A stretch of DNA of 64,000 nt from positions 79,004 through 143,003 of the forward strand of contig DASUGF010000083.1 in the NCBI GenBank assembly GCA_036274175.1, given 5' to 3'. Positions 1-9,740 of the stretch are shown here, in pieces. Numbering within the stretch: position 1 is the stretch's first letter; the number at the start of each line of letters is the position of its first letter. This DNA is from Parafilimonas sp. (GTDB taxonomy: Bacteria > Bacteroidota > Bacteroidia > Chitinophagales > Chitinophagaceae). The notes beneath the pieces are model-generated. The model saw only the letters and a program-made list of their open reading frames with translations. It ran no database searches and had not been told where the DNA came from. Made by a program: the position numbers and the translations under genes.

Positions 1-1353
1 TGTTCCGGAAGGGCTGATCCTGAAGATCCAGTAGTCGGGTTTGCCGGTATTACCCACCGTATTTGCCGCTTTGTCTTTGCCTAAAGCTGACCAGGAAGTT
101 CCTCCCAGTAAATACTCGTTCAAACCAATCCTTATGTATCCTACGAGCCGGTCATCTGCTTTTCCTCCCCAAACCTTTTGTTCCTTTATTTTTCCGTTTT
201 GATCCAGTATCAATGTCCAGAAATCCATTCCTCCTTTTACGCCTGCCTTTTTATCGCCTGAGGCCGGGGAATTAGAATAGCCGCCAACTAAAAAATGCCC
301 GTTTGTATATTTTACAGAGGTGGCATGATCTTCCTTGCTGCCTCCGTAGGTCTTATTCCAGGTGATGTTGCCTGCATTATCCAACCTTACTATCCAATAA
401 TCCGTAACGCCCCTGCAGCTATCGGTCTTATTAAAAGAGGCAGGAGAGTTGGAATACCCTGCCAGTATATAGCCATTGCTGCCGATAGTATCTATTGCGA
501 TGAGATAATCAGACAAACTGCCACCTATTGTTTTATCCCATTGTTTGGCGCCATTTGCATTTAATTTAACTACCCAGTAGTCATTATTGCCTTTGAAATC
601 TTCTGATTTGTCGGCAAAGGCAGGCGAATAAGAAGAACCGCCCAGGATGATACCGCCATCGGCCGTTATTTGCGCCGTAGTTAAAGCATCCCGGTTTTTG
701 CTGCCATAAGTGCTGTCCCACAATACCACCCCGGATTTATTTAATTTAACTACCCAGTAATCCGGCCACAGGCTGGAACCTTCGTTCGGTAAGGATTTAT
801 CATTGCCGTATGTTGAATTGGAAGAGCCGCATAAAAAATATCCTGTTGGCGATTCCAAAACTGCAGCCAGTTTTTCAAATTGGATTCCACCGACCGTGTT
901 ATCCCAAACCTGGTTCCCATGCTTATCTAATTTTATCGTCCAGTAATCAAAGCTGTTATTGATTGCATTTTCTGTCTTGCCCCCGGACGCAGAGGATATG
1001 GATGAACCGGCCACCAGGTAACCACTGTCTTTTGTTTGAATAACACGGGGCTCGAGATCCCTGTCGCTTCCACCATAGGTTTTTGTCCACTGTGTTATGC
1101 CCGTCTTAGCGAGTTTTACTATCCAGTAATCATAGGTATTGCTAACGGAATTTTGCGTTTTATCTCCTGAGATATTTGAATTGGAATAGCCACACAGAAT
1201 AAGGCCGCCATCAAAGGTTTGCAACATGCCGGTTAATTTATCTGCATTATTTCCTCCTATCGTTCTTTGCCAGGTGATCTTATAACCCTGGGCCGGCGCA
1301 CTTAAACTGATCGTGGCTGAAAAAATCAAATAAAAAATATATTTCCCTTTCAT
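1..1353 (-). CDS. secreted beta-propeller repeat protein (SBBP-like DYWVVKL repeats); 3' end cut by window edge
   Basis: Own minus-strand translation: ATG at 1351-1353 gives MKGKYIFYLIFSATISLSAPAQG signal peptide, then an open frame down to nt 1. About 6 tandem ~45-aa repeats each end in DYW[VI]VKL[ND] or FDYWTIKLD; the nt motif atttaactacccagta recurs near 550, 745, 945 and 1125. It is absent from the ORF track because it runs off the window. Plus-strand ORFs 63..275 and 295..564 lie inside it. Confidence 0.55.
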   Translation of the reverse strand, partial: MKGKYIFYLIFSATISLSAPAQGYKITWQRTIGGNNADKLTGMLQTFDGGLILCGYSNSNISGDKTQNSVSNTYDYWIVKLAKTGITQWTKTYGGSDRDLEPRVIQTKDSGYLVAGSSISSASGGKTENAINNSFDYWTIKLDKHGNQVWDNTVGGIQFEKLAAVLESPTGYFLCGSSNSTYGNDKSLPNEGSSLWPDYWVVKLNKSGVVLWDSTYGSKNRDALTTAQITADGGIILGGSSYSPAFADKSEDFKGNNDYWVVKLNANGAKQWDKTIGGSLSDYLIAIDTIGSNGYILAGYSNSPASFNKTDSCRGVTDYWIVRLDNAGNITWNKTYGGSKEDHATSVKYTNGHFLVGGYSNSPASGDKKAGVKGGMDFWTLILDQNGKIKEQKVWGGKADDRLVGYIRIGLNEYLLGGTSWSALGKDKAANTVGNTGKPDYWIFRISPSGT

Positions 1354-1377
1354 TCTTAAATATTAAGCTATGGAATT

Positions 1378-2394
1378 TTAGAACTCGCCGTCAAACTGCG
1401 GGCATGTGGGCGTATAATATGTATAGCGCCCGCTATAGGGCGTACCAGACATTATATTCTTAAAAAAACAAGCGATGTTCCGCATACAAAAATCGTCATC
1501 GTAAGCAGGGTGGTTTGCACCCGGTAATTCATAATATACTACCGGTGCTTTTTGCTTTACCAGTGCCGCATATATTCCCGCTCCTGCATACAGGGGCGGC
1601 GCATAATTTGGGCAACCAAAAAAATAGCCTACACTATCAGGAAGACCGGAATCTTCATCGCCCTTGAATAAAATGGTAGGATAAGCCCGGAACTTTTTAT
1701 CAATTACCTTATCCGAAAATAAAGAACCCCACATCGCCGCAACGCCTTTAATAGAATAATTACGCGGTAAAGTGTTGCCGGATTTCTCTACGCTGCCCAG
1801 CAATTTATATTCCCTTGAAAAATAGATTTTAGCTATGGAATCATTGCAATATGCGCTGTTTAATGCCAGGGAAGCGCCGGCACTGGAACCGCCATAAAAG
1901 ATCCAGTTGGTATTAATATTATACTTTTTACCATTCGCTTTTATAAAACGAAGACAGGCATTGCCATCCTGCATTGCCCTGTACACAGCATTAAATAAAG
2001 TGGTGGTGTCTGTGGTGCAGGCATGGGGATTATTTTTTATATAACCTGTTCTGTAATCAAAAGCCACCGTAACAAAGCCGTGGTCGGCCAGTTCATCGCA
2101 CAAAGAAGAAACGTTTGACTTGTTACCTCCCGTAAATCCGCCGGCATGGCAAAAGACCACAACAGGGTAATTTTTATTGGAAGTAGCGCCTGTGGGATAA
2201 TAAATATCCAGTGATAAGCTATCAACTTTATGCCCTTTCCAATCAGTAAGGTTCCAGGCAAATTCAATGTCTTTAAGGTCTGTTAGTTCAACTGCAGGCT
2301 TGTCAGCAGCAATATACCGGCTGCCGGAACTGCCTCCCTGGAAAAAAGCGAGCGATAAAACAAGAGGTAATAACACAAAACTAAAATTTCTCAC
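1378..2394 (-). CDS. secreted alpha/beta-hydrolase esterase/lipase (HGG + GxSxG motifs)
   Basis: 338-aa ORF with N-terminal signal peptide. Contains FCHAGGFTGG (the HGG oxyanion motif of the HSL-like esterase family) and YGGSSAGASLA (GxSxG nucleophile elbow). Lies 24 nt upstream of, and co-directional with, the beta-propeller gene. Confidence 0.6.
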   Translation of the reverse strand: MRNFSFVLLPLVLSLAFFQGGSSGSRYIAADKPAVELTDLKDIEFAWNLTDWKGHKVDSLSLDIYYPTGATSNKNYPVVVFCHAGGFTGGNKSNVSSLCDELADHGFVTVAFDYRTGYIKNNPHACTTDTTTLFNAVYRAMQDGNACLRFIKANGKKYNINTNWIFYGGSSAGASLALNSAYCNDSIAKIYFSREYKLLGSVEKSGNTLPRNYSIKGVAAMWGSLFSDKVIDKKFRAYPTILFKGDEDSGLPDSVGYFFGCPNYAPPLYAGAGIYAALVKQKAPVVYYELPGANHPAYDDDFCMRNIACFFKNIMSGTPYSGRYTYYTPTCPQFDGEF

Positions 2395-2673
2395 TTAGGT
2401 TGGTTTAGGCATCAAAAATAATATTTAATGCCGATCGGTTATTCATTGTGTAAATCATATGCTTTGCTATTAATATTTGTAGTTTATGATGTTTCGGCTT
2501 AGAGTTCGTACATAAAGGAAATCAGCGTGTTAAAAAATAAATCATACGGTGTTAATTCAACTGCGGCTGGTAAACGTTTGATTATCATTTTCAAATTTAT
2601 TATATTGTTTGAGGCCTGTTTCCCTAAATTTGCGCCGCATACCTGTTTGCCTGTTCATTTATAATATCAGTAC

Positions 2674-3354
2674 ATGCTTTCAAGATCATGGTGGAAAATA
2701 TTAAGCTTTATTTTATTGATGTACACTTGTACTGCAGGCTTTCTTGTAAAAATTCCCAGGCTTGATGACAGGATGCAGCAAACTGTCAGAAATCTTTTTT
2801 TTCATGTGCCGATGTGGTTTTGCATGCAAACCCTGTTTATAATATCGGTTATCTATGCTGTCAGGTATTTAATAAAACCATCTCACGCATTTGATACCTA
2901 TTCGTTGGAATTTGCCCGCACCGGGACTGTGTTCGGAATCTTAGGTTTAATAACCGGGGCCATATGGGCAAATTATCAATGGGGAGAACCCTGGAGCGGC
3001 GATCCGAAACAAAACGGCGCTGCCATCGCCCTGCTTATTTATTTGGCTTATTTTGTCTTGAGAGGGTCTGTAATTGATGAAACCAAACGTGCGAGGCTGA
3101 GTGCGGTATATAATATTTTTGCTTTTGCAATGTTGTTCCCAACGATATGGATATTGCCAAGACTTACGGAGTCTTTACATCCGGGCGGACAAGGCAGCGA
3201 AGGGAATCCCGGCTTAAATCCCAATGATACAAGCCCGGAAATGGAAATGGTTTTTCTCCCGGCGATCATTGGCTGGATATTGCTCGGCGTATGGATCTCA
3301 ACATTATTTACACGTTTACGTATTTATAAAGAACGATTATATGAAACTGCTTAA
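2674..3354 (+). CDS. ccmC: cytochrome c biogenesis heme-handling protein, CcmC/CcsA family (WWD domain)
   Basis: 226-aa polytopic membrane protein with the tryptophan-rich motif ANYQWGEPWSGDPKQNGAAIALLIYLAYF, matching the WGxxWxWDPK heme-handling signature. Confidence 0.55.
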   Translation: MLSRSWWKILSFILLMYTCTAGFLVKIPRLDDRMQQTVRNLFFHVPMWFCMQTLFIISVIYAVRYLIKPSHAFDTYSLEFARTGTVFGILGLITGAIWANYQWGEPWSGDPKQNGAAIALLIYLAYFVLRGSVIDETKRARLSAVYNIFAFAMLFPTIWILPRLTESLHPGGQGSEGNPGLNPNDTSPEMEMVFLPAIIGWILLGVWISTLFTRLRIYKERLYETA

Positions 3355-3562
3355 AAAAATCATTTTCTTTAGCCTATGCTTATTTCTTACAACGAAAATT
3401 TTTGCGCAGGACTCACTTAACAATACAAACACGGATTTCATGAATTCAAACGGTAAGATCTACGTGGTAATGACTGTAGTAGTGGTGATTGTTTCAGGGC
3501 TTTTTATTTACCTGTTCAGCATAGATAGAAAAATAAGCAAGCTGGAAAAGAAGGAAAAATAA
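3341..3562 (+). CDS. CcmD-family small membrane protein (Bacteroidetes type)
   Basis: ATG at 3341 overlaps the ccmC stop. 73 aa with one TM helix (VVMTVVVVIVSGLFIYLF) and a charged C-terminus (KISKLEKKEK), as in Bacteroidetes CcmD-like proteins found next to CcmC. The ORF-track start at 3224 is probably upstream read-through. Confidence 0.45.
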   Translation: MKLLKKIIFFSLCLFLTTKIFAQDSLNNTNTDFMNSNGKIYVVMTVVVVIVSGLFIYLFSIDRKISKLEKKEK

Positions 3563-3629
3563 TAAAAAATTTTTCGCTGCAAAAACAACAAACGTTCATT
3601 AGTTTATTCTACATATAAAATATCTAACG

Positions 3630-5048
3630 ATGGCAGAACAACATTATAACTTCTTCGAAAACGTTACAAAAAGTTTTGACAGGGCAGCAAAATTTACCAA
3701 TTGGGAAACGGGCATCCTGGAACAGATAAAAGTCTGTAATGCCGTTTATAGTATGAAATTCCCGATAAAAAGGGATGATGGTTCTATCGAGGTAATTGAA
3801 GCCTACCGCGTACAACATTCTCATCACAAAACACCTTGCAAAGGCGGAATCAGGTTCAGCGAAGAAGTGAACCAGGATGAAGTGATGGCGCTGGCTGCTT
3901 TAATGACCTATAAATGCGCTATTGTTAATGTACCGTTCGGCGGTGCTAAGGGCGGCATCAAAATAAATCCGCGGGAGTACAGCGCTTTCGAGCTGCAAAA
4001 AATTACGCGCCGCTACACATCTGAGCTGGTGAAGAAAGAATTTATCGGGCCCGGCACTGACGTACCTGCACCTGATTATGGCACGGGAGAAAGAGAGATG
4101 GCCTGGATACTGGATACCTACACCACACTGAATCCCGGCGAAGTTGACGCCATGGGTTGTGTTACCGGGAAACCTGTAGCACAGGGAGGTGTAAGAGGCC
4201 GTAAGGAAGCAACCGGGCTGGGAGTTTTTTATGGAGTGCGGGAAGTGTGCAGCATGCCTGATGTAATGAAAAAGCTGGGACTGTCAACCGGCATTGAAGG
4301 TAAGACAGTTGTGGTGCAGGGACTTGGGAATGTTGGATATCATTCCGCAAAATTCTTCAGAGAACATGGCGCCAAAATAATTGCTATCGCAGAGTATGAA
4401 GGCGCTATTTATGATGAAAATGGCCTGAATGAAGAAGATGTGTTTCAATTCAGGAGAAGCAATAAATCGTTACTAAATTTCCCGGGTGCAACCAATTTAA
4501 AAGCAAGCGGAGACGCGCTTGAACTGGAATGTGATATTTTAATTCCGGCAGCGTTGGAAAATGTGATCAATGCATCCAATGCTGACAGGATCAAGGCAAA
4601 AATAATCGGCGAAGCTGCCAACGGGCCTTTAACTCCTGAAGCTGATGAAGTGCTTTCAAAAAAAGGCATTCTCGTTATTCCTGACATGTACCTGAATGCA
4701 GGCGGCGTAACCGTTTCTTATTTTGAATGGCTGAAAAATTTAAGCCATGTACGGTACGGCAGAATGGAGAAACGTTTTACAGAAAATCTAAACAGGCAGA
4801 TCCTTGGGCAGATGGAGGAACTGACCGGCAAGAGTGTGAACACCCGTGAAAGAATGTTGATCGAACATGGCCCTGATGAAGTTGACCTGGTTTACAGCGG
4901 ACTGGAACAAACGATGATCGAAGCTACCCGTGAGATCATGGCTTGCTGGAAAGCGAATGACAAAATTCCTGATATGCGTACTGCTGCTTATGTAGTGGCC
5001 ATAAACAAAGTAGGAACCAGCTATGCAGAGCTTGGTATCTTCCCATAA
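3630..5048 (+). CDS. gdhA: NAD(P)-glutamate dehydrogenase
   Basis: 472 aa. Glu/Leu/Phe/Val dehydrogenase active-site region KGGIRFSEEV...VNVPFGGAKGGI and a Rossmann motif VQGLGNVG. Confidence 0.9.
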   Translation: MAEQHYNFFENVTKSFDRAAKFTNWETGILEQIKVCNAVYSMKFPIKRDDGSIEVIEAYRVQHSHHKTPCKGGIRFSEEVNQDEVMALAALMTYKCAIVNVPFGGAKGGIKINPREYSAFELQKITRRYTSELVKKEFIGPGTDVPAPDYGTGEREMAWILDTYTTLNPGEVDAMGCVTGKPVAQGGVRGRKEATGLGVFYGVREVCSMPDVMKKLGLSTGIEGKTVVVQGLGNVGYHSAKFFREHGAKIIAIAEYEGAIYDENGLNEEDVFQFRRSNKSLLNFPGATNLKASGDALELECDILIPAALENVINASNADRIKAKIIGEAANGPLTPEADEVLSKKGILVIPDMYLNAGGVTVSYFEWLKNLSHVRYGRMEKRFTENLNRQILGQMEELTGKSVNTRERMLIEHGPDEVDLVYSGLEQTMIEATREIMACWKANDKIPDMRTAAYVVAINKVGTSYAELGIFP

Positions 5049-5062
5049 TAAAATAAAAAATG

Positions 5063-5098
5063 CTTGTATTAAAACCGTTGCAGCGCCAACGGTTTTAA
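5063..5098 (+). terminator. rho-independent terminator after gdhA
   Basis: aaaccgttg-cagcgc-caacggttt is a perfect 9-bp stem, followed by a T-rich tail (ttttaatgttt). Confidence 0.5.
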
Positions 5099-5214
5099 TG
5101 TTTAATGCAGGCAAGGGTAAAGCGAAATAATTTATAACATACTTTGCAAAAGTTTCTTTCCTTTACTCAATTCTAATAAAGAACTAAATTATTCCCTTTT
5201 AGGGGGTCAGGGGC

Positions 5215-6540
5215 ATGAAATACTACATCATTGCAGGGGAAGCGAGTGGCGATCTGCATGGCAGTAATCTTATAAAAGAAATAAAAAAGCTCGATACTGA
5301 TGCTGACATCCGTTGCTGGGGCGGCGATCTCATGCAGGCAGCCGGTGCAACATTGGTAAAACATTACCGCGACCTGGCATTTATGGGTTTTGCAGAAGTG
5401 GTGATGAACCTTAAAACTATCCTTGCCAACCTGAAATTCTGTAAAGAAGATATATTAAAATTTCAGCCTGATGTTTTGGTATTGATCGATTACCCGGGTT
5501 TTAATTTACGCATTGCAGAATGGGCGAAGAAAATGAGGAGTGAGGAACCAGGAATTAGGGATAAGGAATTAGGAATGAGAAATGAGAAATCAGTAATGAG
5601 AAATGAGAAATCAGTAATGAGTGATGAACAGCGACTCACCACTCACCACTCACCACTCATCGCTAAAACTGTCTTCTACATCTCCCCCCAGGTTTGGGCA
5701 TGGAAAGAAAGCCGCGTGCCTAAAATGAAAAAGAATATCGACAGGATGATCGTTATTCTTCCTTTTGAAAAAGATTACTATAAAAACAAATGGCATTGGG
5801 ATGTTGATTATGTGGGACATCCGTTGGTGCAGGTGGTGGAGGAATTTAAGTCCACAGTCCACGGCCGACAGTTCACAGCCGATACTCAGAAGTCAATAGT
5901 CAATAGTGAATGGTCAATGGGCGAGAATTCCCAATTCCCAATTCCCGATTCTCAATTCCAAAATCTTAATATTATCGCCCTGCTGCCGGGAAGCCGCAAA
6001 CAGGAAATTTCAAAAAAGCTTCCGGTCATGCTGGAAGTTAGTAAGGCATTTCCCCAATATCAATTTGTCGTAGCAAAAGCGCCGGCACTTGAAGATGCCT
6101 TTTATGAAAACTTCATGCAGCATTATACCAACGTTTCTTCGGTGACAAACAGGACCTATGAATTGCTGATGCAGGCAAAAGCAGCATTGGTGACCAGCGG
6201 CACTGCAACATTAGAAACCGCTTTGTTTGAAGTACCGGAAGTAGTTTGTTATAAAGGCAGTAATATTAGTTACCAGATCGCAAAGCGGTTGATCAACATA
6301 AAATATATCGCGCTGGTAAATTTAATAATGGACAAGCCGGTTGTAAAAGAACTGATTCAAAATGATCTCACCGTTGAAAATTTAAAGCACGAATTATCCT
6401 TGTTGCTTTTTAATGAAGCAAAACAACAACAGCTAAAAAAAGATTATCAAGACCTGAAAGATATTTTATCAGGCGGTGGTAATGCTTCAGCTAATGCTGC
6501 TAAGATTGTTTTTGATACAGCTTTACCTTACAAGGCTTAA
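5215..6540 (+). CDS. lpxB: lipid-A-disaccharide synthase, carrying two in-frame low-complexity insertions derived from dispersed repeats
   Basis: The N-terminus MKYYIIAGEASGDLHGSNLIKEI is canonical for LpxB, and ISPQVWAWKE and LLPGSRKQEI blocks are present. Two extra segments are translated in frame: MRSEEPGIRDKELGMRNEKSVMRNEKSVMSDEQRLTTHHSPL and STVHGRQFTADTQKSIVNSEWSMGENSQFPIPDSQFQN. Both are encoded by repeat DNA of the kind seen in intergenic regions of this window. Confidence 0.85.
   Translation: MKYYIIAGEASGDLHGSNLIKEIKKLDTDADIRCWGGDLMQAAGATLVKHYRDLAFMGFAEVVMNLKTILANLKFCKEDILKFQPDVLVLIDYPGFNLRIAEWAKKMRSEEPGIRDKELGMRNEKSVMRNEKSVMSDEQRLTTHHSPLIAKTVFYISPQVWAWKESRVPKMKKNIDRMIVILPFEKDYYKNKWHWDVDYVGHPLVQVVEEFKSTVHGRQFTADTQKSIVNSEWSMGENSQFPIPDSQFQNLNIIALLPGSRKQEISKKLPVMLEVSKAFPQYQFVVAKAPALEDAFYENFMQHYTNVSSVTNRTYELLMQAKAALVTSGTATLETALFEVPEVVCYKGSNISYQIAKRLINIKYIALVNLIMDKPVVKELIQNDLTVENLKHELSLLLFNEAKQQQLKKDYQDLKDILSGGGNASANAAKIVFDTALPYKA
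5533..5665. repeat. dispersed short-period repeat element inserted in frame inside lpxB (copy 1)
   Basis: gaatgagaaatgagaaatcagtaatgag repeated twice, then gagtgatga...ctcaccactcaccactcaccactcatc. This has the same unit types (aatgagtaatga and gagtggtgag) as the intergenic element at 33265-33400. Confidence 0.6.
5851..5966. repeat. dispersed short-period repeat element inserted in frame inside lpxB (copy 2)
   Basis: tcaatagtcaatagtgaatggtcaatgg resembles the 18051-18205 element. gaattcccaattcccaattcccgattctcaattccaaaat resembles the 38315-38400 and 21355-21425 octamer repeats. Confidence 0.6.
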
Positions 6541-6726
6541 CAAACATACATATCACATGTTTATCACATTTTGATATTAACAAACCATCAAAGCAGGTTT
6601 TGCGTTACTTAGTAATGGCTGAGTTGTCAGTGGTGAATGGTGAGTAAGCTCTCCATATCTTGGATTAACTCACAATTTACCTCATACGATAACTTACAAT
6701 TAACATACAGTAATACTAAAAGAAGT

Positions 6727-7197
6727 ATGATGAGAACATTTTTATTTGCAGGCATGCTGATCATTGTTGCATTATCTTCCTGTGCTCAGCAACAGGCAGC
6801 GCAAAAATTTGCTGTTACAAAAACAGATGACGAATGGAAAAAAATACTTACGCCTGAACAATTTACCGTTGCAAGAAAAGCAGGCACCGAACGTGCTTTT
6901 AGCGGCAGGTATTGGGATAACCATGAAAAAGGAACCTACTATTGTGTTTGCTGCGGCGTGCCTTTATTCAGCAGTGAAACGAAATTTGAAAGCGGCACGG
7001 GTTGGCCAAGTTTTTATGCGCCTTTAAATAAGAAATATGTAGGGGAAAGAGTGGATGATTCTTATGGCATGGAACGCACCGAAGTGTATTGTACTAATTG
7101 CGGAGCACATTTAGGCCATGTATTTAATGACGGCCCTGCGCCTACCGGTTTGCGTTATTGCATGAACTCTGCATCGCTTAATTTTAAGAAAAAATAA
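6727..7197 (+). CDS. msrB: peptide-methionine (R)-S-oxide reductase MsrB, with lipoprotein-type signal peptide
   Basis: CxxC...CxxC zinc motifs and the catalytic region (YCVCCG...GWPSF...[17 protein letters not shown]). The likely start is ATG 6727 ([22 protein letters not shown]). The ORF-track start at 6637 would translate the upstream repeat DNA. Confidence 0.85.
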   Translation: MMRTFLFAGMLIIVALSSCAQQQAAQKFAVTKTDDEWKKILTPEQFTVARKAGTERAFSGRYWDNHEKGTYYCVCCGVPLFSSETKFESGTGWPSFYAPLNKKYVGERVDDSYGMERTEVYCTNCGAHLGHVFNDGPAPTGLRYCMNSASLNFKKK

Positions 7198-7235
7198 TGT
7201 GACTGGTGTTAAGTTAAAAGTAAAATACCGCATTT

Positions 7236-7300
7236 TTTCCGTGAGACGTGAGACGACAGACGTGAGATTTTTCACGTCTCACGTTTGACATTTCACGATT
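7236..7300 (+). terminator. hairpin-rich terminator-like element after msrB (tctcacgtttgac family)
   Basis: gtgagacgtgagacgacagacgtgaga-ttttt-cacgtctcacgtttgacatttcacg contains inverted repeats (gacgtga / tcacgtc) around a T-run. The motif tctcacgtttgacRtttca also occurs at 34425-34460. Confidence 0.4.
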
Positions 7301-7493
7301 ACTTAACACTAGTGTTATGTCATGCAGAAATTGTCGCTTTTATTTGCCACGGATCACACAGAAACACGGAAGAATTTGTTGCGACATTATTATGTTGACT
7401 TACCACTAGTATTGAGCGACAAACTACATAAACACACTCTCCGCTTATAAAATCATTATCTTCCGCGCAAAATAAATTTCGACAAACCTATTC

Positions 7494-8735
7494 ATGCGAT
7501 CAATAGAACCACTTATTGTAAAAACACATAAAGCCGCAATTAACCTGCGCAATTGCACAGATACACAGATAAAAAAAACATTGCGTGATCTTGCTGATGC
7601 GCTGGAATCCAATGTGCATGCAATTCTAAAAGCCAATAAAAAAGATGTTGCAAAACAGGATGTAAATGATCCGCGCGTTGACCGTTTATTGCTGAATGAA
7701 CAACGTATAAAAAATATTGCAGGCAGCATCAAAAAAGTAAGCAGGCTGCCCAATCCATCTAATAAAATTCTTGAAAAGCGTAAATTATACAACGGCCTGC
7801 TGTTAGAGAAAATAAGCGTTCCCTTAGGTGTTGTTGGCGCCATATATGAATCAAGGCCAAATGTAACTTTCGATATTGCCGCCTTGTGTTTACGCAGCCA
7901 GAATGCCTGTTTGCTAAAAGGAAGCAGGGAAGCTGAAGCAACCAATCATGTTGCGGTGAAAATAATAAAAGATGTTTTGAAACAAAACAAGATCGATGCT
8001 GATTGTATAACCTTGTTACCCAGTGAACGGGAAGTGGTGCAGGAACTATTCACTGCAACAAAATATGTTGATGTGATCATTCCGCGTGGTTCAGACAGCC
8101 TGATACAATTTGTACGCAAAAACAGTCTTGTGCCTGTAATTGAAACAGGTGCAGGCGTCTGCCATGTTTATGTTGAAACTGATGCCGACATCAATAAAGC
8201 GGTGAGCATTGTTGTAAATGCAAAAACAACGAGGCCTTCTGTTTGCAATTCCCTCGACACAATCGTTGTAGATGAAAAAATTGCAAAACCTTTTTTAGAC
8301 AAGCTTCAACCATTGTTTTCAACCTATCCAGTGGAAATTTTTGCAGATAATAAGTCGTACAAATTATTGAATGGATATGATCATCTTCAAAAAGCATTAC
8401 CCGAAGATTTTGATCGCGAATTCCTTAGCCTGAAATGTGCGGTAAAAACAGTAAAAAACATAGACGAAGCCCTGGCACATATTGCGCAACATTCAACCAA
8501 ACATTCTGAGGCCATCGTATCTGAAAATAAAAAGGCCTGCGAAAGATTTTTGCGTGAAGTGGATGCCGCCGCTGTGTATGCAAATGCTTCTACGCGATTT
8601 ACTGACGGCGAAGAATTTGGTCTTGGTGCAGAGATCGGTATCTCTACCCAAAAATTGCATGCGCGTGGGCCGTTTGCATTGGAAAAACTGGTTTCAGAAA
8701 AATGGGTAGTAAGAGGTAACGGGCAGATCAGGTAA
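7494..8735 (+). CDS. proA: gamma-glutamyl phosphate reductase (glutamate-5-semialdehyde dehydrogenase)
   Basis: 413 aa. ProA-type aldehyde dehydrogenase blocks: VVGAIYESRPNVTFDIAALCLRSQNACLLKGSREA and the catalytic Cys region TRPSVCNSLDTIVV. Confidence 0.85.
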   Translation: MRSIEPLIVKTHKAAINLRNCTDTQIKKTLRDLADALESNVHAILKANKKDVAKQDVNDPRVDRLLLNEQRIKNIAGSIKKVSRLPNPSNKILEKRKLYNGLLLEKISVPLGVVGAIYESRPNVTFDIAALCLRSQNACLLKGSREAEATNHVAVKIIKDVLKQNKIDADCITLLPSEREVVQELFTATKYVDVIIPRGSDSLIQFVRKNSLVPVIETGAGVCHVYVETDADINKAVSIVVNAKTTRPSVCNSLDTIVVDEKIAKPFLDKLQPLFSTYPVEIFADNKSYKLLNGYDHLQKALPEDFDREFLSLKCAVKTVKNIDEALAHIAQHSTKHSEAIVSENKKACERFLREVDAAAVYANASTRFTDGEEFGLGAEIGISTQKLHARGPFALEKLVSEKWVVRGNGQIR

Positions 8736-8787
8736 TATAACTGCGATTGATGATCTTCTGCACACCGCTTTATATTCGCTAACCTGT

Positions 8788-9687
8788 TTGTTAAATTTGA
8801 TCATGCTTTCAAAGCACATTAGAAGAATAACACCAAGGCCAAAAAAGAACAGCAAAGAATATTTTATCTGGTGTGATGAGAGTGATCAGTCCGGCAAATT
8901 TTTTTCTAATTTTTATGGCGGCGTTTTAGTAAAGAGTGAAAACCTGCATGAAGTGATGCATGACCTGCAAAAGGTTTGCAGGCGCCTGCATTTATATGAT
9001 GAAATTAAATGGCAAAAAATTTCCGATCACTATGTGGTAAAATATACCGCGCTGATGGATGCATTTTTTAATTTGATAAAAGATGGCAAAATAAAAGTGC
9101 GCATTATGTTTATTCAAAATACATACAAAACAATTCACCTGCACGATATGCATAAGCGCGATGTTTTTTTTATTTTATATCGCCAGCTTGTCAAACATGC
9201 TTTTGGTTTGATACATAGCAACAACGATGGGAAAGAAATTTTTCTCCGGCTTTATTTCGACTTTCTTCCTTACACACTGAAGAAAAAAGAAATATTTAAA
9301 CAATCGCTCAATAACCTTCAGTCATCAAGTTCTTTTCAACTGGCAGGTATCAAAATAAGAAAACGGGATATATCGGAAGTTGACTCTAAAAAACATTTAT
9401 TGCTGCAAACGCTTGACGTTGTGTTAGGCGCTGTATGCTTTTACTTAAACAACAAACACAAAGAAATTCTGCAGCAAAAGGAAGGAAGCCGGCGTACAAG
9501 GGCAAAAGAAAAAGTATATAAATACATCAATAAAAGAATAAAGCAGATAAGGAAGGGATTTAATATGAGTACTTCAACGGGCATCACTTCAGAACAGGAT
9601 CATTGGATACATAATTACCGTCACTGGAGATTTACACCTGCAGCATTTGAGGCAGATAATGAAAGCATTTTATTCGCGACACATTAA
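8788..9687 (+). CDS. DUF3800-family protein (uncharacterised; often in accessory or defense islands)
   Basis: 299 aa. Begins YFIWCDESDQSGKFF, matching the hhhDESG motif, and has LQTLDVVLGAV, matching lQlaDllaG. Both are recalled DUF3800 signatures. The region looks lower in GC than proA upstream; this is judged by eye only. Confidence 0.55.
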   Translation: MLNLIMLSKHIRRITPRPKKNSKEYFIWCDESDQSGKFFSNFYGGVLVKSENLHEVMHDLQKVCRRLHLYDEIKWQKISDHYVVKYTALMDAFFNLIKDGKIKVRIMFIQNTYKTIHLHDMHKRDVFFILYRQLVKHAFGLIHSNNDGKEIFLRLYFDFLPYTLKKKEIFKQSLNNLQSSSSFQLAGIKIRKRDISEVDSKKHLLLQTLDVVLGAVCFYLNNKHKEILQQKEGSRRTRAKEKVYKYINKRIKQIRKGFNMSTSTGITSEQDHWIHNYRHWRFTPAAFEADNESILFATH

Positions 9688-9740
9688 TTCTTCATCATTA
9701 ATTGATTGAATAAAGTTTGCGTATATAAATTCCTCTGGCG

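Noticed and set aside
63-564. Plus-strand ORFs 63..275 and 295..564
   Set aside because: They lie inside the well-supported minus-strand beta-propeller repeat gene (1..1353) and translate to low-complexity peptides. Shadow ORFs.
2674-3562. ccmC/ccmD lacking the other ccm genes, treated as an anomaly
   Set aside because: Bacteroidota commonly carry a reduced CcmC-like/CcmD-like pair separate from other cytochrome c maturation genes. The window does not show enough to call anything missing.
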